A stretch of DNA of 64,000 nt from Piromyces finnis finn (lineage: Eukaryota; Fungi; Neocallimastigomycota): the NCBI GenBank assembly GCA_002104945.1, contig MCFH01000022.1, positions 1 through 64,000 of the forward strand, read 5' to 3'. The notes below the pieces were generated by a model, which did no database searches, was not told the DNA's origin, and saw nothing but the letters and a program-made list of their open reading frames with translations. Below are positions 15,728 through 41,300 of this stretch, in pieces. The position numbers and the translations under genes are program-made. Within the stretch, counting starts at the first letter, position 1. The number at the start of each line of letters is the position of its first letter.

Positions 15728-18700
15728 TTAGTAACATGATTTAATAAAATCATGTTTCAACATATTTTCCATACGTTCGGAAGAACAATGTAGAATTAAT
15801 TGAACAAATTTAAGAGCAATATCTGGATGTTCCCTACAAAGATTTTCATAGTTTGGATAATCAATAGACCAAATCTTGGAATCTTTTTGAGCTACCAACT
15901 TTGTACGATGAGGAATCTTTGAGAAAAACTCTACATCCCCAATAACTGAATCTAAAATAATAATAAAAAAGTATTATATAGGATTAACATAATATAAATA
16001 ATAATGATGGAATAGTATTTATTAAAATATAAATATATTTAATTTATATTATTTTATGTATCAATGGATAGTTTACGTGAAATAAGGGTTCCTATCACTT
16101 TTTCCTTTACTATATGATTAGATGTTTCATATACGGAATAAAGGAGAGCTTGTCCACTTTCTACAATATAAATTTGATTTTCATCAATATTGCTATTTTT
16201 TTCCCACAATATCATACTTTTCTTAATTTCAAAGCATTTAAAGTATTTTGTAAGTTCAAAAAAGACATCTATATTTACTTCATTATTTACTTCATTGTTT
16301 GCATTTAATAAAGTCTGAATAAGGAGTCTTAAAGGTTGATCAAAGTCATTAATATTTACTTTGGTAACAGATTTATATGATTTATAATTTGTGAAAGAAG
16401 GTGAAGGATGAATTGCAATTGAGTTGACTGGTGAAAACGTTACTAAATTTGGATTTAAACTTTCACGATTTAAAACAATTTTCTTTGTTCCATCTTCGGC
16501 AGTTAATAATAAATATTCTCTTATTGAAGTATCATATTGAGTTTCCAATAACTCAAAAAAAATATTTAAATAATAATATATAAAATATATAAAATATAAA
16601 ATATATATATTATTAATCAACACAATATTTAATTTAAATTATAAAATAAAATAACAATGATAAAGTATATTTTATATTATTTACCATATTTTCACACCAT
16701 TCAATAGCAGAATCATAATTACTAAAATATTTAAAATAATCATTATTTTTTTCTTCATCAATATTACTTAAAAAACCAACTCTATTCAAAGGATCAATAC
16801 TGGTGGGTTGAAGATTGCATAATAATAAATATATTCTCTTTTTTCTATTAAATTGAAGATAGATTAAATATAAATAAATATGGATTATTAATGATTTAAT
16901 ATATTAATAATAAATGAAATAAATATATATAAAAAAAAAAAAAATAATAATAATTCTAATTATAGTAATTTAATATTATCATCTACTAACTTTAAATTGG
17001 ATTTAATCTTAATAAAAGCTTCACTTGCACTGTAATCCATTCCTATAAATATATATATATATCATATTTAATGTGTTTATTTAATAAATCATTAAAAAAA
17101 AAAAAAGAAAAATAATTAACTTACCACTGACTAATTTAAAATCAAAAATGATATATTTAATGGAATAAGTATCTGTTTTAATTATCATTGTATTGATATA
17201 ATCATTAATTTGTTGAAAAGTTCCAAAAAAAATAAAACCTTGGAAACGTAAAACCTTAATTTGAACACCAACATTGTTTAAGAAAGTTCTTTGACTTTTT
17301 AAGCGATAAACAGTACTAATAATAAAAAAAAAAAAAAAAAGTTTATAAAAAATGATTTTTACAATTTATATATAATTGTTGATTTCATTGATCTTTTTCA
17401 ATATACATATATATAATACCTTGGTAATTCTGAACCAGTATGAACAGATCTAATAATTTTTCTACGACTTAAAGTGATAATAAAGAAGATACAAGCAACA
17501 ATTATACCAACTATTAATAAAAATAATAATGATGATAATTAAATCAAAGAAATAAAGATATTAATATTTTTATTTTTGATTCAGAGTTGAAGGAATTAAG
17601 TTTTTCAATAACTTTATTGACTCACCAACAATGCCTTCGGTGAAACCCCATACATCCATACAAATAACAATTAAGACAATAGTAGCATATTCAATAGTAC
17701 TGACAGTAGCAAAAGTATCTAATAAAGCTTCTTTCATTAAATCAAAACCTAAATGGAAAATAAGACCTCCAACAATAATAGTAGGAACAAATTTGATAAA
17801 AGAAGTACCAATTACTAATAAAGCAAAGGTTGCAACAGCCAACATAAAACCAGCAATATTACTATCACCACCTGAACGAATAAATAATACTGAATTGGAA
17901 TATACTAAATAATTTTGAAGAGAACCCACAAAACCAGACTATAGAATAAATAAATAAAAATATTGAAATTTTAATAAAAAAAAAAAATAGTATAAACATT
18001 TATCATATATCAGTATCTATTTATATATCTTATGTTTTTGTAATATTTTTTTTATCAACTTACTAATAAATTTGTATAACCATGAATACAAAGTTCTTTA
18101 TTAATATCAACATCAGTATTAACAGAAACTGATAGGGCAGGAACATTAATAGGAACATGCAATATACCAAAGAAAACCAAAGCACAAATAGTTCCTAAGG
18201 TAGAAGGAATGACAGACCATTGAGTTTTTCTGAAATCAAAGTAGGTCCAGAAAGTATAAAATGGAACATTTTCTTGATTATCATTATCAGAAACAAGATT
18301 AAAAAGCCAACCCTGTTCTCTTAAGTTGTTTAAATCAAAACCTCCAAGGAATACTACAATGTAAAAAATAATTGGAAGAGCTAAAAAAAATGTAGGAGTT
18401 AAGAGAGGATGACTAACTTTGGTGTGTACAATACTAAGGGAAAGAGCTAATATCATAGATAATAACCAAATAGGTAATGTTGAAGTAGTGAAAATGTTTC
18501 TTACATAATCAAATGTTAATTCAAATGAGTAGCCAGTAATTATTTCAATACCTGTTTGAAGTAGAAAGAGGCCAATACCACCAATACAACCAATTAAAAT
18601 ATGTCTTGGGAAAAATGACATAATATTACCCTTTCAAAGAAAAATAATAATAATAATAATAAAATAAAATTATTAATAAAAAAATAGCTTATACTTTTGT

Positions 18701-19637
18701 TATTATATTTATTTCATAATTCTTTACTGATATATTACCATTTTAAATTTTCCCAAAAGATAAAAGACAACACCAGTCAAAACAGTACTTAAAGAATATG
18801 CAACCATAACAGTGGCAATAATTTCTTTTGGATGTTCAACACCTACTTCATTAATAATAATTTGACATATAATATGAAGAAATGGCATTACTTCAATCAT
18901 CTTTTATTAGTAATAAATAAAAATAAAAGTAAAATATTTTATATAAATAAAAGTTAGTTTTTACATTATAATTAATATGGTTTAATGCATATTTATTTCT
19001 TATTTACTTACCATGCTACCATTACCACCTTTAAAATTACTTAATCCACTACAATAAACTAATTGGGATATGATAGTACTATGAAAAATAATAATGCATA
19101 ATGTGTAATATATAAATATATATATATATTTTTTCAAAATATATATATAATAGAAAATAGAAGAAAAATAAAAAAAACTCAATATTCTCATAATGATTGA
19201 TATAATAGTAAAAACTATAATTATAGTTTTTAATTACTGTTATATTATAATTATGATTATGATTATTTTTAATACCTAACTAAAAACATGGATATACCAG
19301 ATTGAACATAAGTTTTTGGCATAGATTCATGCTTTGGAAAAATAATAATACCATAGGAAAGGGAATCCAATAAATTTAATAAGACACCTAATAATACAGC
19401 TGGTAAAAACTTAATGAATTGAATACTCCAATCTTTCATATAAGTACAGAAATCTATATGTCCATGAACATTAGTATGTGAGGTTGTCAATGGAGTAGTT
19501 TCATTTGCAGTGCTAATATTTGATACTATTGTAGGTGCAATCGGTGAAAAGTTATCTTTTTCATTTTGATAATAATTAAATTCAGTATCAAGTCTATAAT
19601 CGTTAATATTTGGACCAGTTTGATTATTATTTTTTAA

Positions 19638-19687
<50 letters not shown>

Positions 19688-20516
19688 CAAATTTATTAGC
19701 TTCACAATTAGAATTTAACTTGATACTCGATTTTGAAAATGTACCATAAGAAGAATATTGTTGAACTGTAATTGGACTTTCATATTCATCTACTTCAAAT
19801 ATACTATTATCAAGTTTATATTTAATTGTAGAAGATCGTTGGTTATCATTCGAGTTATTATTAGAAATAGAATTTTTTCGTTTAACTATATCAAAGTTAT
19901 AAAATATTCCATTAGGTTTTGAAGCCGAAGAAATATGATTTAAATTATTACTCTTTTTATTATTCATAGTATTATTTATATTATTGATTTCAATTATTTT
20001 TTCATCTCCTGGTTTTGCCTGATTATGGCTATATATAATTTTTATTTCATCCAAATTTTCGTCTCTTTCTTTTAACGAAGCAAAATAATTTAAATCTGGA
20101 TTAAATTCCCGATCTATCCATGATAACGTTTCATAACGAACTATTATTATAAATTTTAATAGTATAATATACATATATAACAAATAATAAAGAATATGAA
20201 TATTATTAACATTAAATATAAAGTCTAAAAAGTAATAATAATAATTTTTTTGTATCCTTATTCACCATTCTCAGGAGCAATTGAATTTTTATTCATTATT
20301 TTAATCGATTTATTTTCAATATTTTCACGTTTATACTCTACAATTAAAAAATATAATAAATAAATAAATAAAATATGTTACACATGGAATATCAATGAAT
20401 TATATATTTTATAAAATATATTTTTATTTTAATTATTTACCTTTTAAATTAAATGATAAATGCTTCGATTTTTTCGAATTATTACCATTTTCTTGTTCAT
20501 TTGGTAATGGTTTCAT
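15728..20516 (-). CDS. VSB1: SulP/SLC26-type TM domain + STAS + cNMP-binding domain protein (yeast Vsb1/YGR125W-like), multi-exon
   Basis: LPAVLLGVLLNLLDSLSYGIIIFP, SFFPRHILIGCIGGIGLFL, ILHVPINVPAL, GSLQNYLVYSNS.LFIRSGGDS and STVYRLKSQRTF(L), then FKLQGFIFFGT-like STAS entry. The last exon reads VIGDVEFFSKIPHRTKLVA (cNMP) and ends TAA 15728-15730. The ATG at 20516 is inferred. Confidence 0.8.
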
Positions 20517-22003
20517 TTTTTTTTTTTGATTTGTAATTTTTTTTTCTTTGAAGTAATAGTTTTAGTATTATTATTATAATTGTTGTTGTTGTTGTTGTTG
20601 TTTTATTGCTTTAAGTATATTTTGCAAATATAGAAAAAATATTTATATATATATAAATTATTATCCTAGTTAATATATATCTTTATCTAATTATTTCTTT
20701 TGCTAAGAATAAAAGAATAAACAATTTATTAAAAAAAAAAATCTTAATAAATATATTAACTTTATAATTTTTTATATATAAATTAGAAATTTCAATGATA
20801 TTATTTTCTATTAAATTTTTTTTTTTTTTTTTAATAATAATATTATTGATGTATTCCTATATATTATTTTTCCTTTATCTTTTTTCTTATTACTTTTTTA
20901 TTTCTTTTAATTTTTATTTTTTATTTTTTAATTTTGGTTTTTTTTTTTAAATATATATATATATATATAAGAATATATAGATTATCTGAGTAATTTTAAT
21001 ATAGTTATTTTTTCTCAATTTCTTTTATATATTGTCATAATTATTTTCGTAAAAATATCAATAAATAAAAATTAAAAGCTTTTTTATATATTGTTCTTTT
21101 TTTGTTTTTGTTTTGTTTTGTTTTTGCTTTGCTTTGTTTTGTTTTTTATTTCTGTTGTTTACTTTTTTCTTTTTTTTTACAATTATCGAAAATTTATTGA
21201 AAATTCTTTAAAAAAAAAAGTAAAATTTTTGTTAAGTTTAAACACCTTTTGACATTTATCATCTTTAAAAAATTAATTAAAAAAAGTTATATTCATAATA
21301 AATTGAATTCATATATTCAAATAATATTATAATATATATACCAATTTAATAAAATAATTTTTCTTTTTTTTATTATTTATGAAGAAGTTTATAAATAATA
21401 AAATTAATTTATCTATTTATTTGGTTTATTTTTTTTTCTGTTTTATGTTTATTACATAATATTATAATATATTGATGTGTCTATAAAGTATTAATTTTTT
21501 ATTTAATAGAAAATTATTAATAATTATCATAATATACTTACAATTTATTTTGCAATAGTATTACAATTTAATAAGTTTGTCAATTGACAATATATTGTTA
21601 TTATCTTTATCATTATTATTATGGCTGATAATAAATATGACATGAATAAAAAACACCTCTTCAAAATCTAATGTTTATTATAGTAATCTTATTTAGTATG
21701 AATAAAAGGAAAAAAAAATAACAGTATAGTTCTTCAATTATTTCTAATTGTTTGAATCATAATTGAAATGCTCATTATATTATAGAATTTAATAATTTCT
21801 GATAAATTTTATTTAAAATATTTTATTTCATGAATACAATGTTAATTATATAATAATCTTGAAATATAATTATAAAAAATTAATTATCAAATGCGCTAAG
21901 TCAAAAAAAAGGTTAAATAATAATTTTTAGCATTTGATGTAACAATAATATAAAAGAAAATGTGGATATTTTTTATTTAATAAAAAAAATTGTTCTATAA
22001 AAA

Positions 22004-22047
<44 letters not shown>

Positions 22048-23557
22048 AAAAATATTTATATATATATATTTTTTTTATAAATAAAATATATTAAAAAATA
22101 AAACTTTCTATCATTTGATATTATAAAATTTTAATAAATAAAAAAAATACAATTTATACATCGTTTTATATGTAAAAAAAAGTTAAAGGATAATTTAATA
22201 TAAATCATTCATTCAGATGATTATTTATTTTAATTAAGAATTAATATTTTTAAAACTAATAGAAATATATTTTTTATTATATTTTATTATACATAATAAT
22301 TATTATAAAATAAAAATATTTATGATTAATTATATAATAATTATTATTTATTATGTTTTGATGTAATAAAATATAAATATTAAATAATAAGAAAAAATAA
22401 ATATTTTTTATAACAAAGCAATTTAATTAAATTAACATTATTCAAAAAACAGGAAAAAAAAAACATATTTCTTCTATTATTTATTATATATTATTATTCT
22501 AAATTATCTTTTTAATTTTATTTAGTTAATTATATAAAAATAACATTGATATAATTTATATTATATATTTTTTATTGAATTATTGTAGTTGAATTAAATC
22601 CATTATCGATATATGGTTTTTAAATGATTTTGAAGCTTCTTTTTATCATCATAATCATTATTATTATTATCATTATTATTATTATTTTCTTAGTATTATT
22701 AATTTTTTTATTAAATAAAAATATTTAATAAATAATATTATTAACTCCAAAGAAATAGAAATAAAATATATAATTATTATTTTAGCTAAATAAAAAAAGT
22801 CGAAAAATATTTAATTTTAAATAGTTTTTTTTATAATATATACTATTTATTTATTTAATTCATTATAAACATTATTTTGTATTGAAAGGATTAGAATTAT
22901 TTATTATTGATCATGTAACATAAATTTCTCTAATCCTTTTAATATAAACCATTATTCTTTATATAAATAAAATATATAAATGATATAGATAATCATTAAT
23001 TAAAAGTCACATTATTGTTTTTTTTTTTTATAATATTAAATAAAACACAATAGTAATAAATAATAATTATTAAATATAAAATATTCAGTGATGAAATGAA
23101 TAACTTAAGGGAATAACAAAATAAATTGTACATTTTTTATTTTATTTTATTATAGAATACTATAGAAAATGCTTACAGTTTAATTATTTAAATATTTTAT
23201 ATTGTTTCAATTTGCACTCTCTTTTATTTGTATTACCATTCATAATGTTTATAATTGTTTGATAAAATCTACTAAATAATTATCATTTTTGGATTACATT
23301 AAAAAAAATATATATATAAGAAATATAATAAAAATATTAAAAAAAGAATAAAATTAAGGTTTACCTATAAAATTAAAGATATAATTTCACATTTTCATTC
23401 TTTATATAATTTCAATATTAATTAATATATAATATTGAAAAAAAATACGCATAAAAAATATTTTATATATTAATTATTAAAATATTTTATTCTTTTTTTT
23501 TTTTTCTTCATACATTTGTTACGAACTTTTATTATAAATAAAATAATAAGAACTAAG

Positions 23558-24028
23558 ATGCCAACAATAGAAGATAAAGAAAAACAAAAATTAAATGAAA
23601 ATATAAATCAAGAAGAAGAATTCAATTTTAATTGTACAATAAGTCAAGTTGATAATTGCGATTTCTCAAAGTGGTATCCGAAATATAAAAAAATATCTTT
23701 AAAATCTCGCATTATACCCTTAGAAGAAGAATTTATCAATTATTTAAACGAGGATGGAATTTATTTACCATTTAATGAGTAAGTAAATCAATTATTTAAA
23801 ACACTGAAATATAAATTAAAACGAAATTTCATTTTAATTTCATTATATAAAATGAATTTCATGCTAATTTAAATTATATTGATTAAACTTGTTATTTAAT
23901 ATTAAAAATAATGTGAAAGTGACGGACAACCACAGAAATTTTATCATGCAGAAAAAGATATTTATGAAATTGATTCAGATTGGTCTTCTGATGAATATGA
24001 AGATGAAGATGAAGATGATAATATTGTA

Positions 24029-24066
<38 letters not shown>

Positions 24067-24364
24067 TTATATATAATAAATAAAATAAATAGTACTGAAA
24101 TGATAGCTTTATTTATTTTTTTTTATAATGTTAATTTTTTATATATAATAATTATCAATAATTCTTTAAATTCTTAGAACAAAATTCCATCTTTTCCGTT
24201 ACTAGAAAAACAAATTAATGAGGTTATTGAAGAATTTAATGGAAATGTATTCCCAAAATTAAATTGGAGTGCTCCAAAGGTAATAAATTATTATTATTAT
24301 TATTATTATTATAATAATAATAATATATTTAATATAATTAATATCTTATGTAATTATATTTTAA

Positions 24365-24401
<37 letters not shown>

Positions 24402-25377
24402 TTAAACTTCATAGGATGCTGCATGGATTTCTATAAGTCAATCTTTAAAATGCACAAATCCATCAGAGATTTTTCTTTTACTTAAAAGTTCAGATTTTAT
24501 TAATCATGACATATCGCATGCTTACAAAAATTGTTCAGATTATAAAGAATCCTCGGAAAATAATAAGGAAGAAAATAAGAATAATAAAGATAAAAATAAT
24601 GAAGATTCTTTAGAAAGTAAAACTATTACTAGGCCAAAAACTTTCTGTTTAGTATTACGTAAATGGTATGATCTTTTACCTTCAATGGAATTTCGCTGTT
24701 TTGTTCGTGATAACAAACTAGTTGCTATTAGTCAGCGTGATTATGTTACTTATTATGATTTTTTAACTGATATAAAAGATGAATTAGAAGATATAATTTT
24801 AGATTTTTTTGAGGATTATATTCAAGGAACTTTTGATGATTCAAGTTGTATGTGTTTAATATTTAACTAAATAAGAAGTAAAAATTATAAATGTGTGAAT
24901 ATTAGCTTTTAGTTTAATATTTAATTTATTTAAGGAAAGTAAAAATATTAGATTTGTTAATATTTTAACCATTATATTTATTTTTATATATAATTATAAA
25001 TATCTTTAGATGTTTTCGATGTATATATTAATAAAAAAAATAAGCGTATTTTCTTACTTGATTTTAACCCATTCTCAATAACCACTGATTCTTTATTATT
25101 TAAATGGCCGGAACTTTTAAAATTAGAAGAAATGGAATTTAGATTGGTAGAATCTGAAGCTCATGCTAAAGAAACCTCACATGGTGGTATTAATCCAATT
25201 TATTCTACAAATTCTGTACCACAAGAATTGATTGATTTCGGGGAAGGAAAAACTTTATTAGAATTCACTGAAACATTTGCCAAACAACTTCAACAAATGT
25301 CCATAGATTATGATAGTAGTGATAATGAAAAAGAGGAAAAAGTAAAAAATAAACCTACCAACTCTTTTCCTAATTAA
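23558..25377 (+). CDS. CDC123: Cell division cycle protein 123 (eIF2 assembly factor, D123/ATP-grasp), ~5 exons
   Basis: NCDFSKWYPKYK, FINYLNEDGIYLP, VFPKLNWSAPK|DAAWI, LLLKSSDFINHD, LVLRKWYDLLPSMEFRCFVRDNKLVAISQRD and LLDFNPF..TTDSLLFKW.EL motifs. Confidence 0.93.
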
Positions 25378-25468
25378 TAGAGGAATATTATAATATATGT
25401 TTATATATTTATATTCATGCTAGATACAAATAGAAATAAAGTATTGACATATTATTTCAGTTTTATTT

Positions 25469-25534
<66 letters not shown>

Positions 25535-26660
25535 GAGAATAAAATTTCAAATATTATTATCAAATATTTTGTAACAATTTATTTAAAGTATTAATTGATT
25601 CTTTTATAATTAATTAAATGATATAGATTTATTCTAAACATCATCAAAATGATTATAAGTTGATAAAATAGTATCAATCAATAAAACTTATATAGAATAT
25701 ATTATATATATTAGTAAGAATGATTTTATTTCAATATAAAATTTGATCAATAATAATAATTTTATTAATGGTAATTATACTGAATTAATTATAGAAAATT
25801 AACATGAATTTATATAACTATGGCTTTTTGTTTGTATAATGAAATAATCTATATAATATTAGTACATTTCAATTATAAAAATAAAAGTATAAACCATAAT
25901 AGTTATTAATATTTAATTTATAGCTAATAAAATTTATATTAGAAGTAATATTATAATTTTTTTCAGATGTTATTATTAAATGAAATTATTTATATGTCTG
26001 AATTTAATATGTAATATGTACGAATAAATTAATACATTAATTTCACATTAAATTTATATTAATTTATATTTTACATAAAATAATATTATTAACATAGATA
26101 ATTTTAACAATACATGAAGTATATTTATATAAAATACTGTTTATCACTTATTTATATCAATAATTGTTTTCTATAATCAACTTAATTTATTTTATGGTCA
26201 AAAGCATAATTGAATTAAAGAAAAAGTTACATTTTAAAACTTACAATGTAATAAAAGTTTTTTTTTTTTAGTTTTTATTTCTATATATATTGTATTATAT
26301 ATAATGCTTATAAAATCTATAGTTACTATTTATTTTTGTATATATTATTTAACTATCCATATTGTACAATGATTTCAAATATTACGTATACAATTTTAGT
26401 TCGTGATATTACATTTATTACACTTTATTTCCTATTTTGCACTTATATTTTTTTATTTATCATCCACAATAGAAGAAAAATATATATATATAAAAGAAAT
26501 AATAAAAATTAAAAAAAAAAAAATACAATAACAACAATAATAACAATAACAGTAACAACAACAGCAATAAAAAACAACAACAACATATTTTTATTTTTTT
26601 TTCTTTTTATATTTCAATTTGTAATTTTTATATATATAACTTATTAATAATAAAGAAGTA

Positions 26661-35161
<8,501 letters not shown>

Positions 35162-35673
35162 TTATCCTTTTCAATATATATTTAAAAAAAAAAAAGAAAA
35201 AGAAAGTAAAAACAAACAAAAATATTAAAATAATATATATAATGTTTTTTAAATTTATTATAAATGTCTTTTTTTTAATATATTATGTTTCTTTTTTATT
35301 ATTTATATTTTTATTTTATTAATAAACTAAAAATTTTATTTTTAATAATTATTTATTTTGATATGAAATAAGTAAATTATTTATTTATATATCTTAAAAA
35401 CATTACATTTTATGTACATTTAATATTTATTGGCTATATATAAATGTTTGTAATCATATTATTTCTATTTCTTTCTTATTTCAAAAAATAAGTTCATTAA
35501 CAATAAATTATATAAATAAAAATTATATTAAATATATAAGCCACAATATAAACATATAAATACATTTAATTTGTTTTAATTTACATTATTAGATATTAAT
35601 AAAGTTTATATTTAAATAATATTATTAGTTTTTTCTATATAATATTTATAAATAAGATAAATAAGAAATACTT

Positions 35674-36727
<1,054 letters not shown>

Positions 36728-37462
36728 TTTTATTATAATAAATAAAAAGAAAATTACTCTATATTAAAATAAATTTTAAAATGAAATATAATGCAAGACT
36801 AAACAAAATGTATATAATTTTATATTAATTGTATATAGCCTTTGACAATTTTTTATTTCATATATTTTAAAAATAAAGAAAAGTGATCGATATAGGTGAA
36901 ATTTAAAACAATTCAAAATAAACTTAACTAGTGAAGCATAATATTATAATATACGCCAAAAGGAATACAAAATATTATTATATATTAAATAATATTATAA
37001 ATGCTAAGCAATATTAAATTTGATATTAACTTTATGTTATTAATATAAATTATTTCTACATCATAAAAAAATATAATGTATAATATATATAATAATATAT
37101 AATGTATATTGTTATAATAATATATATTATTTCTACAACGTAAAGAATATAATGTATAATATATATAATAATATATAATGTAAAGATAATGTTGAAACAA
37201 CTGTAAATATAATGAATATTCCAAATTATTTAACAATTATTTTAAAATTTTGTTAGTATTTTTTTTTGGAATAATTAAATAATAATTAATTTAAAAAAAG
37301 GATAAGCTAAGTTCCATCAAGAACTTAAAACTATAGTTATAAATAATTTTTCTTACTTCCATTTTGGGGTGTAAATAAATGATGGATTTATTCATATATC
37401 TATTATAAAAAAGGGTAAAAAAATCGTCAAGAAAACTAAGTGAAAAAGTTCTGTATTCGGTG

Positions 37463-37495
<33 letters not shown>

Positions 37496-37589
37496 CTAGG
37501 AAGAGAATACACTTCTTATATTTATTAATTTGAGATATTATATAATATTAGGTGATAATACATATAGATATAATAAATAATAAATAAAA

Positions 37590-37627
<38 letters not shown>

Positions 37628-37663
37628 AATATAAAATAAAATAAAATAAAATAATTATTAAAG

Positions 37664-37939
37664 TTGTATAAAAGTTCAATGAACTCTGCAATTAGTACTG
37701 TGTGGGATTGGTCCCTACCTAATAAATTAAATGAAATAAAAAAGAGAAGTAACATCAGGTATGATAGTATGGTGTCTACTAAACTCTTCCATGAGCTCAT
37801 GTTTTCATTCGAAGAAATACTAACATTGAACCCTGTGTACGGAACATTAAGAATGTTTGTGTATTCAGATCATTCTAATATCAATGATGAAAAGATTATT
37901 CATCATATCTGCAACATGGACTCAGGAGTAACTCTCTAG
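37664..37939 (+). other. Unassigned 91-codon ORF in a GC-elevated island; possibly a relic of a gene or mobile element
   Basis: Open frame with protein-like composition, starting at TTG with the first ATG at 37679. No recognised motif. Confidence 0.25.
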
Positions 37940-38323
37940 TAGTGTTTTCATAACCTCAAACACATATAAATGAAAACATATTTAAGTATCTTTTAAGAGA
38001 ATATATCGCTGATAAATGTGTTTCATTCATTGTTTATTTATTTTATTATTTATTATTTATTATTTATTATTTATTATTTATTATTTATTATTTATTATTA
38101 TTTATTTATTTATTGATTTAATTTATTTATTATTTATTTATTTAGTAAAAGAAATGCTTTTTTTTATTTATATTTTAAAACTTCTTTTTGATTTTATTTA
38201 ATATTATGTGAAATATTTTTTTAATATTTTTAATTTAAAACATATTTTTTCGGAGTTTTTATAAATTATCTATTATCTTCTGTAATTTTCTATTATCTAT
38301 TTTTTTTTCTTTAAAAAACTATT

Positions 38324-41300
38324 TTATTTAGCTTTATCCTTTTCTTCTTTCTTTGCAGATTTGATCTTCCATGCCTTTTTAAAATCATTATCCTTAATCT
38401 TCTTACTGGAGTAAATTGTTCCGATAATTACAGCAGCCATTGTAATAACTAAAATTGGTTTATTAAAGGAATCACTTAATATATCAAAATTATTAGATGG
38501 TGAACGACGAGTTAAGAAAATATCTAAACCATAAGCAGCCACTAAAGAAGTAGACTCTAAATTAGCTGGATTACTTATAATTGCTTCAATACCAGTAACC
38601 TATTTATATAAAAATAAAAAAAATTAAAATAAATATCTAAACTATATTCAAAGTATTTATAATAATGAAAATTATAAATTTTTTAAATTATTAACTTACT
38701 GGTAAATTATAAGAAATAATGGACTTTGGAGTAATTGGAATACCTGGGCGATATTGAATTAAGCCTTCTTGTTTGTCTTCATTAGTTAATGGAGAAATCT
38801 TTCTTCTAGCATTTAAGAATACAGAGTGAATACCATATAATTCATTATTATCGAGACTAACTATTTATTATAATGATATAATAAAAATGAGTAAATTAAA
38901 TTAGTAAATAAATTTTAATTTATTTATTTTCTACATTTTTTTCCAACGAAAATACAAAGATAAAGAGCTTTTTTTTTATTTTATTACCAATAACTTCGCG
39001 GTTAGCAATACCATTACGAGTAGTAGTTACACCAATGGAAGTAATAGCATTATCAAGGATGTATGCCTTTGAAACAATATATGGTTGAAGATAGTTATAA
39101 GAAGTAAATTCTTGGCTGTTTTTTTTTTATATTTTCATTTTTAATAATAAAAATTAATATTCATTAGAACTTTCTTTTATTTATATATTATACAATATAT
39201 ATATAATGAAATTACTTTGTGTCCTTTTGGTTTTCAATTTCATTTTCATATAATTCAAAAACAACAATTTGAGAACCTTTCTTAATATTCTTTCTAAGCT
39301 TCTTAGTTTCTTTATCTTGTTCTTCAGTGGTAAGTGGAGCACCATGATTCCAGAATGTGCATATAATCATATTTTCATATTGAACAATTTTTGGTTTCAT
39401 AATTGTAGTTTCACCTCCACCTTCATAATATGAATGATGAATAATTGATCCTTTAACTGTATCAATAAGATATACAGTTAAAATAGAAGTATATATTTCA
39501 TCTGGTTTGATAGTAGCAACAGCTAAAACATTTGGATTTAAATATTTATATAAAACATTGCGATTACCGAGAACTTTTCCTAATGAAGCAACATTATCTA
39601 TAAAAAAAAATATTAATCTTCAGAAAATAATTATTTTCTAAATCTTATTCATCTAACTTAATAATTATATTAATTACCATATGGCTCTTTGAAACCATAT
39701 GAAACAATAATTTCATCTTCTGGAAAAACTTTTTTATATAATAAATCAATTTGTGGTTTCTATATTGAATGCAATAATATATAATTAAATATTTAAACCT
39801 ATAAATATATATATTTATAATTGATAATGTTTACCTTTTCATCATTAATATATAACTTGTAACCTCTAATAGTGTTTCCTTCAATTTTATCATTTAAGTT
39901 AAAGAAAATTGGTTTTTCCTCCTCTTTAATAGTATCTAAAATCTCTTGTGTTGATGGATAAAATTCAACCTTGAAATTTCAATAAAAATAATTATAATTA
40001 TAATTTGATGAGTAAATAAAAATTAAAAAAATATTAATAATATAAAATAATAAAAATATATATTTTTATTGACTTCATTTTCGGATTTAATAATAGCGGT
40101 AATTCTAATCTTATCTTGCTTTTCATTAATAGAAAGACGGAAAGTTTGTAAAAGCTTGAATGGATATTTCATAGAAGATGGAATATTTTTATTTGTGTAA
40201 TTAAAATCTTCACCTGTAGTAGCATCTATACTGAAAATAGCAGTATGTTCCTAAACATTAATAACAATTTAAATGCTTAATTATTATTTTTTCATTTCTA
40301 GAAATAATAATATTTATATATATATTACTTCGTCATTATCATTAAAAGTAGCAATAGCAGCAACAACTGGTGGATATTGAACAGCACTTGAACGAATATT
40401 AGATAATTTTATTCCTTCAAAGCCATCAATGTCCTTACCAATAAAACGTGTCCAAACAGTTTTCTTGGTTAGAGTTTCTATACAAATAAGTTTTCCTTTC
40501 TTTGTATAGAATAAAAGAAGTTGACGGAAGCCATAAACGTCACGCTTTAAAATATCTTCAATACCTGAATATTCTTTTTTATTTTTTCCAAAAATTTGAT
40601 CCTATAATATATATACAAATATATATTCATAAATATTTAATATATGTTAATTAATTTATTAAAAATAATAATAATAGTACCTTAATAGAAGTAAATTGAT
40701 ATTGAATTCTTGAGGTTATTTGAGTAAAAATATTGGAACTATTGACTATATAATATTTATTATTTAAAAATTCATGTTTTATATTATTAATTATTTATTA
40801 TACAGTTAGCTATTTAAATTTAATATTCAAACTTTAATACTAACCAATAGCTTCTGGAATATTTTTTGTAATTTCAGGTAAGGATATAAATTTTAAGTCA
40901 ATAATATTAGCTAAAGATTCTTCACGGTCCCAAACTATATTTTCTTCTTTGTAAAGATGAATTGAACCATCTTGAGTAACGGTAAATATTCTGTATAAAA
41001 TAGTTCCATCTCTCTTCCTATAAGAATCTAAAGAAACCTAGCATTTTTGTGAGTAGATGAAAAAAAGGTTATTATAATATTATATTAAATTCAATTTTAT
41101 ATTAATAAAATTTTTTATTTAATAATTAACGTTTTTTCATATCATATTTACCTTTACAATTCTACCATTATTGGTAAATTTATTTTTAATTTCAAAAACT
41201 TTAATAGTTTCTTTAGTATTAGCATTAATAATTTCAACAAGTGAGGAATTCTAATAATAGTTTATAAAATCAATATATTGATATATTATAATATAAAAAA

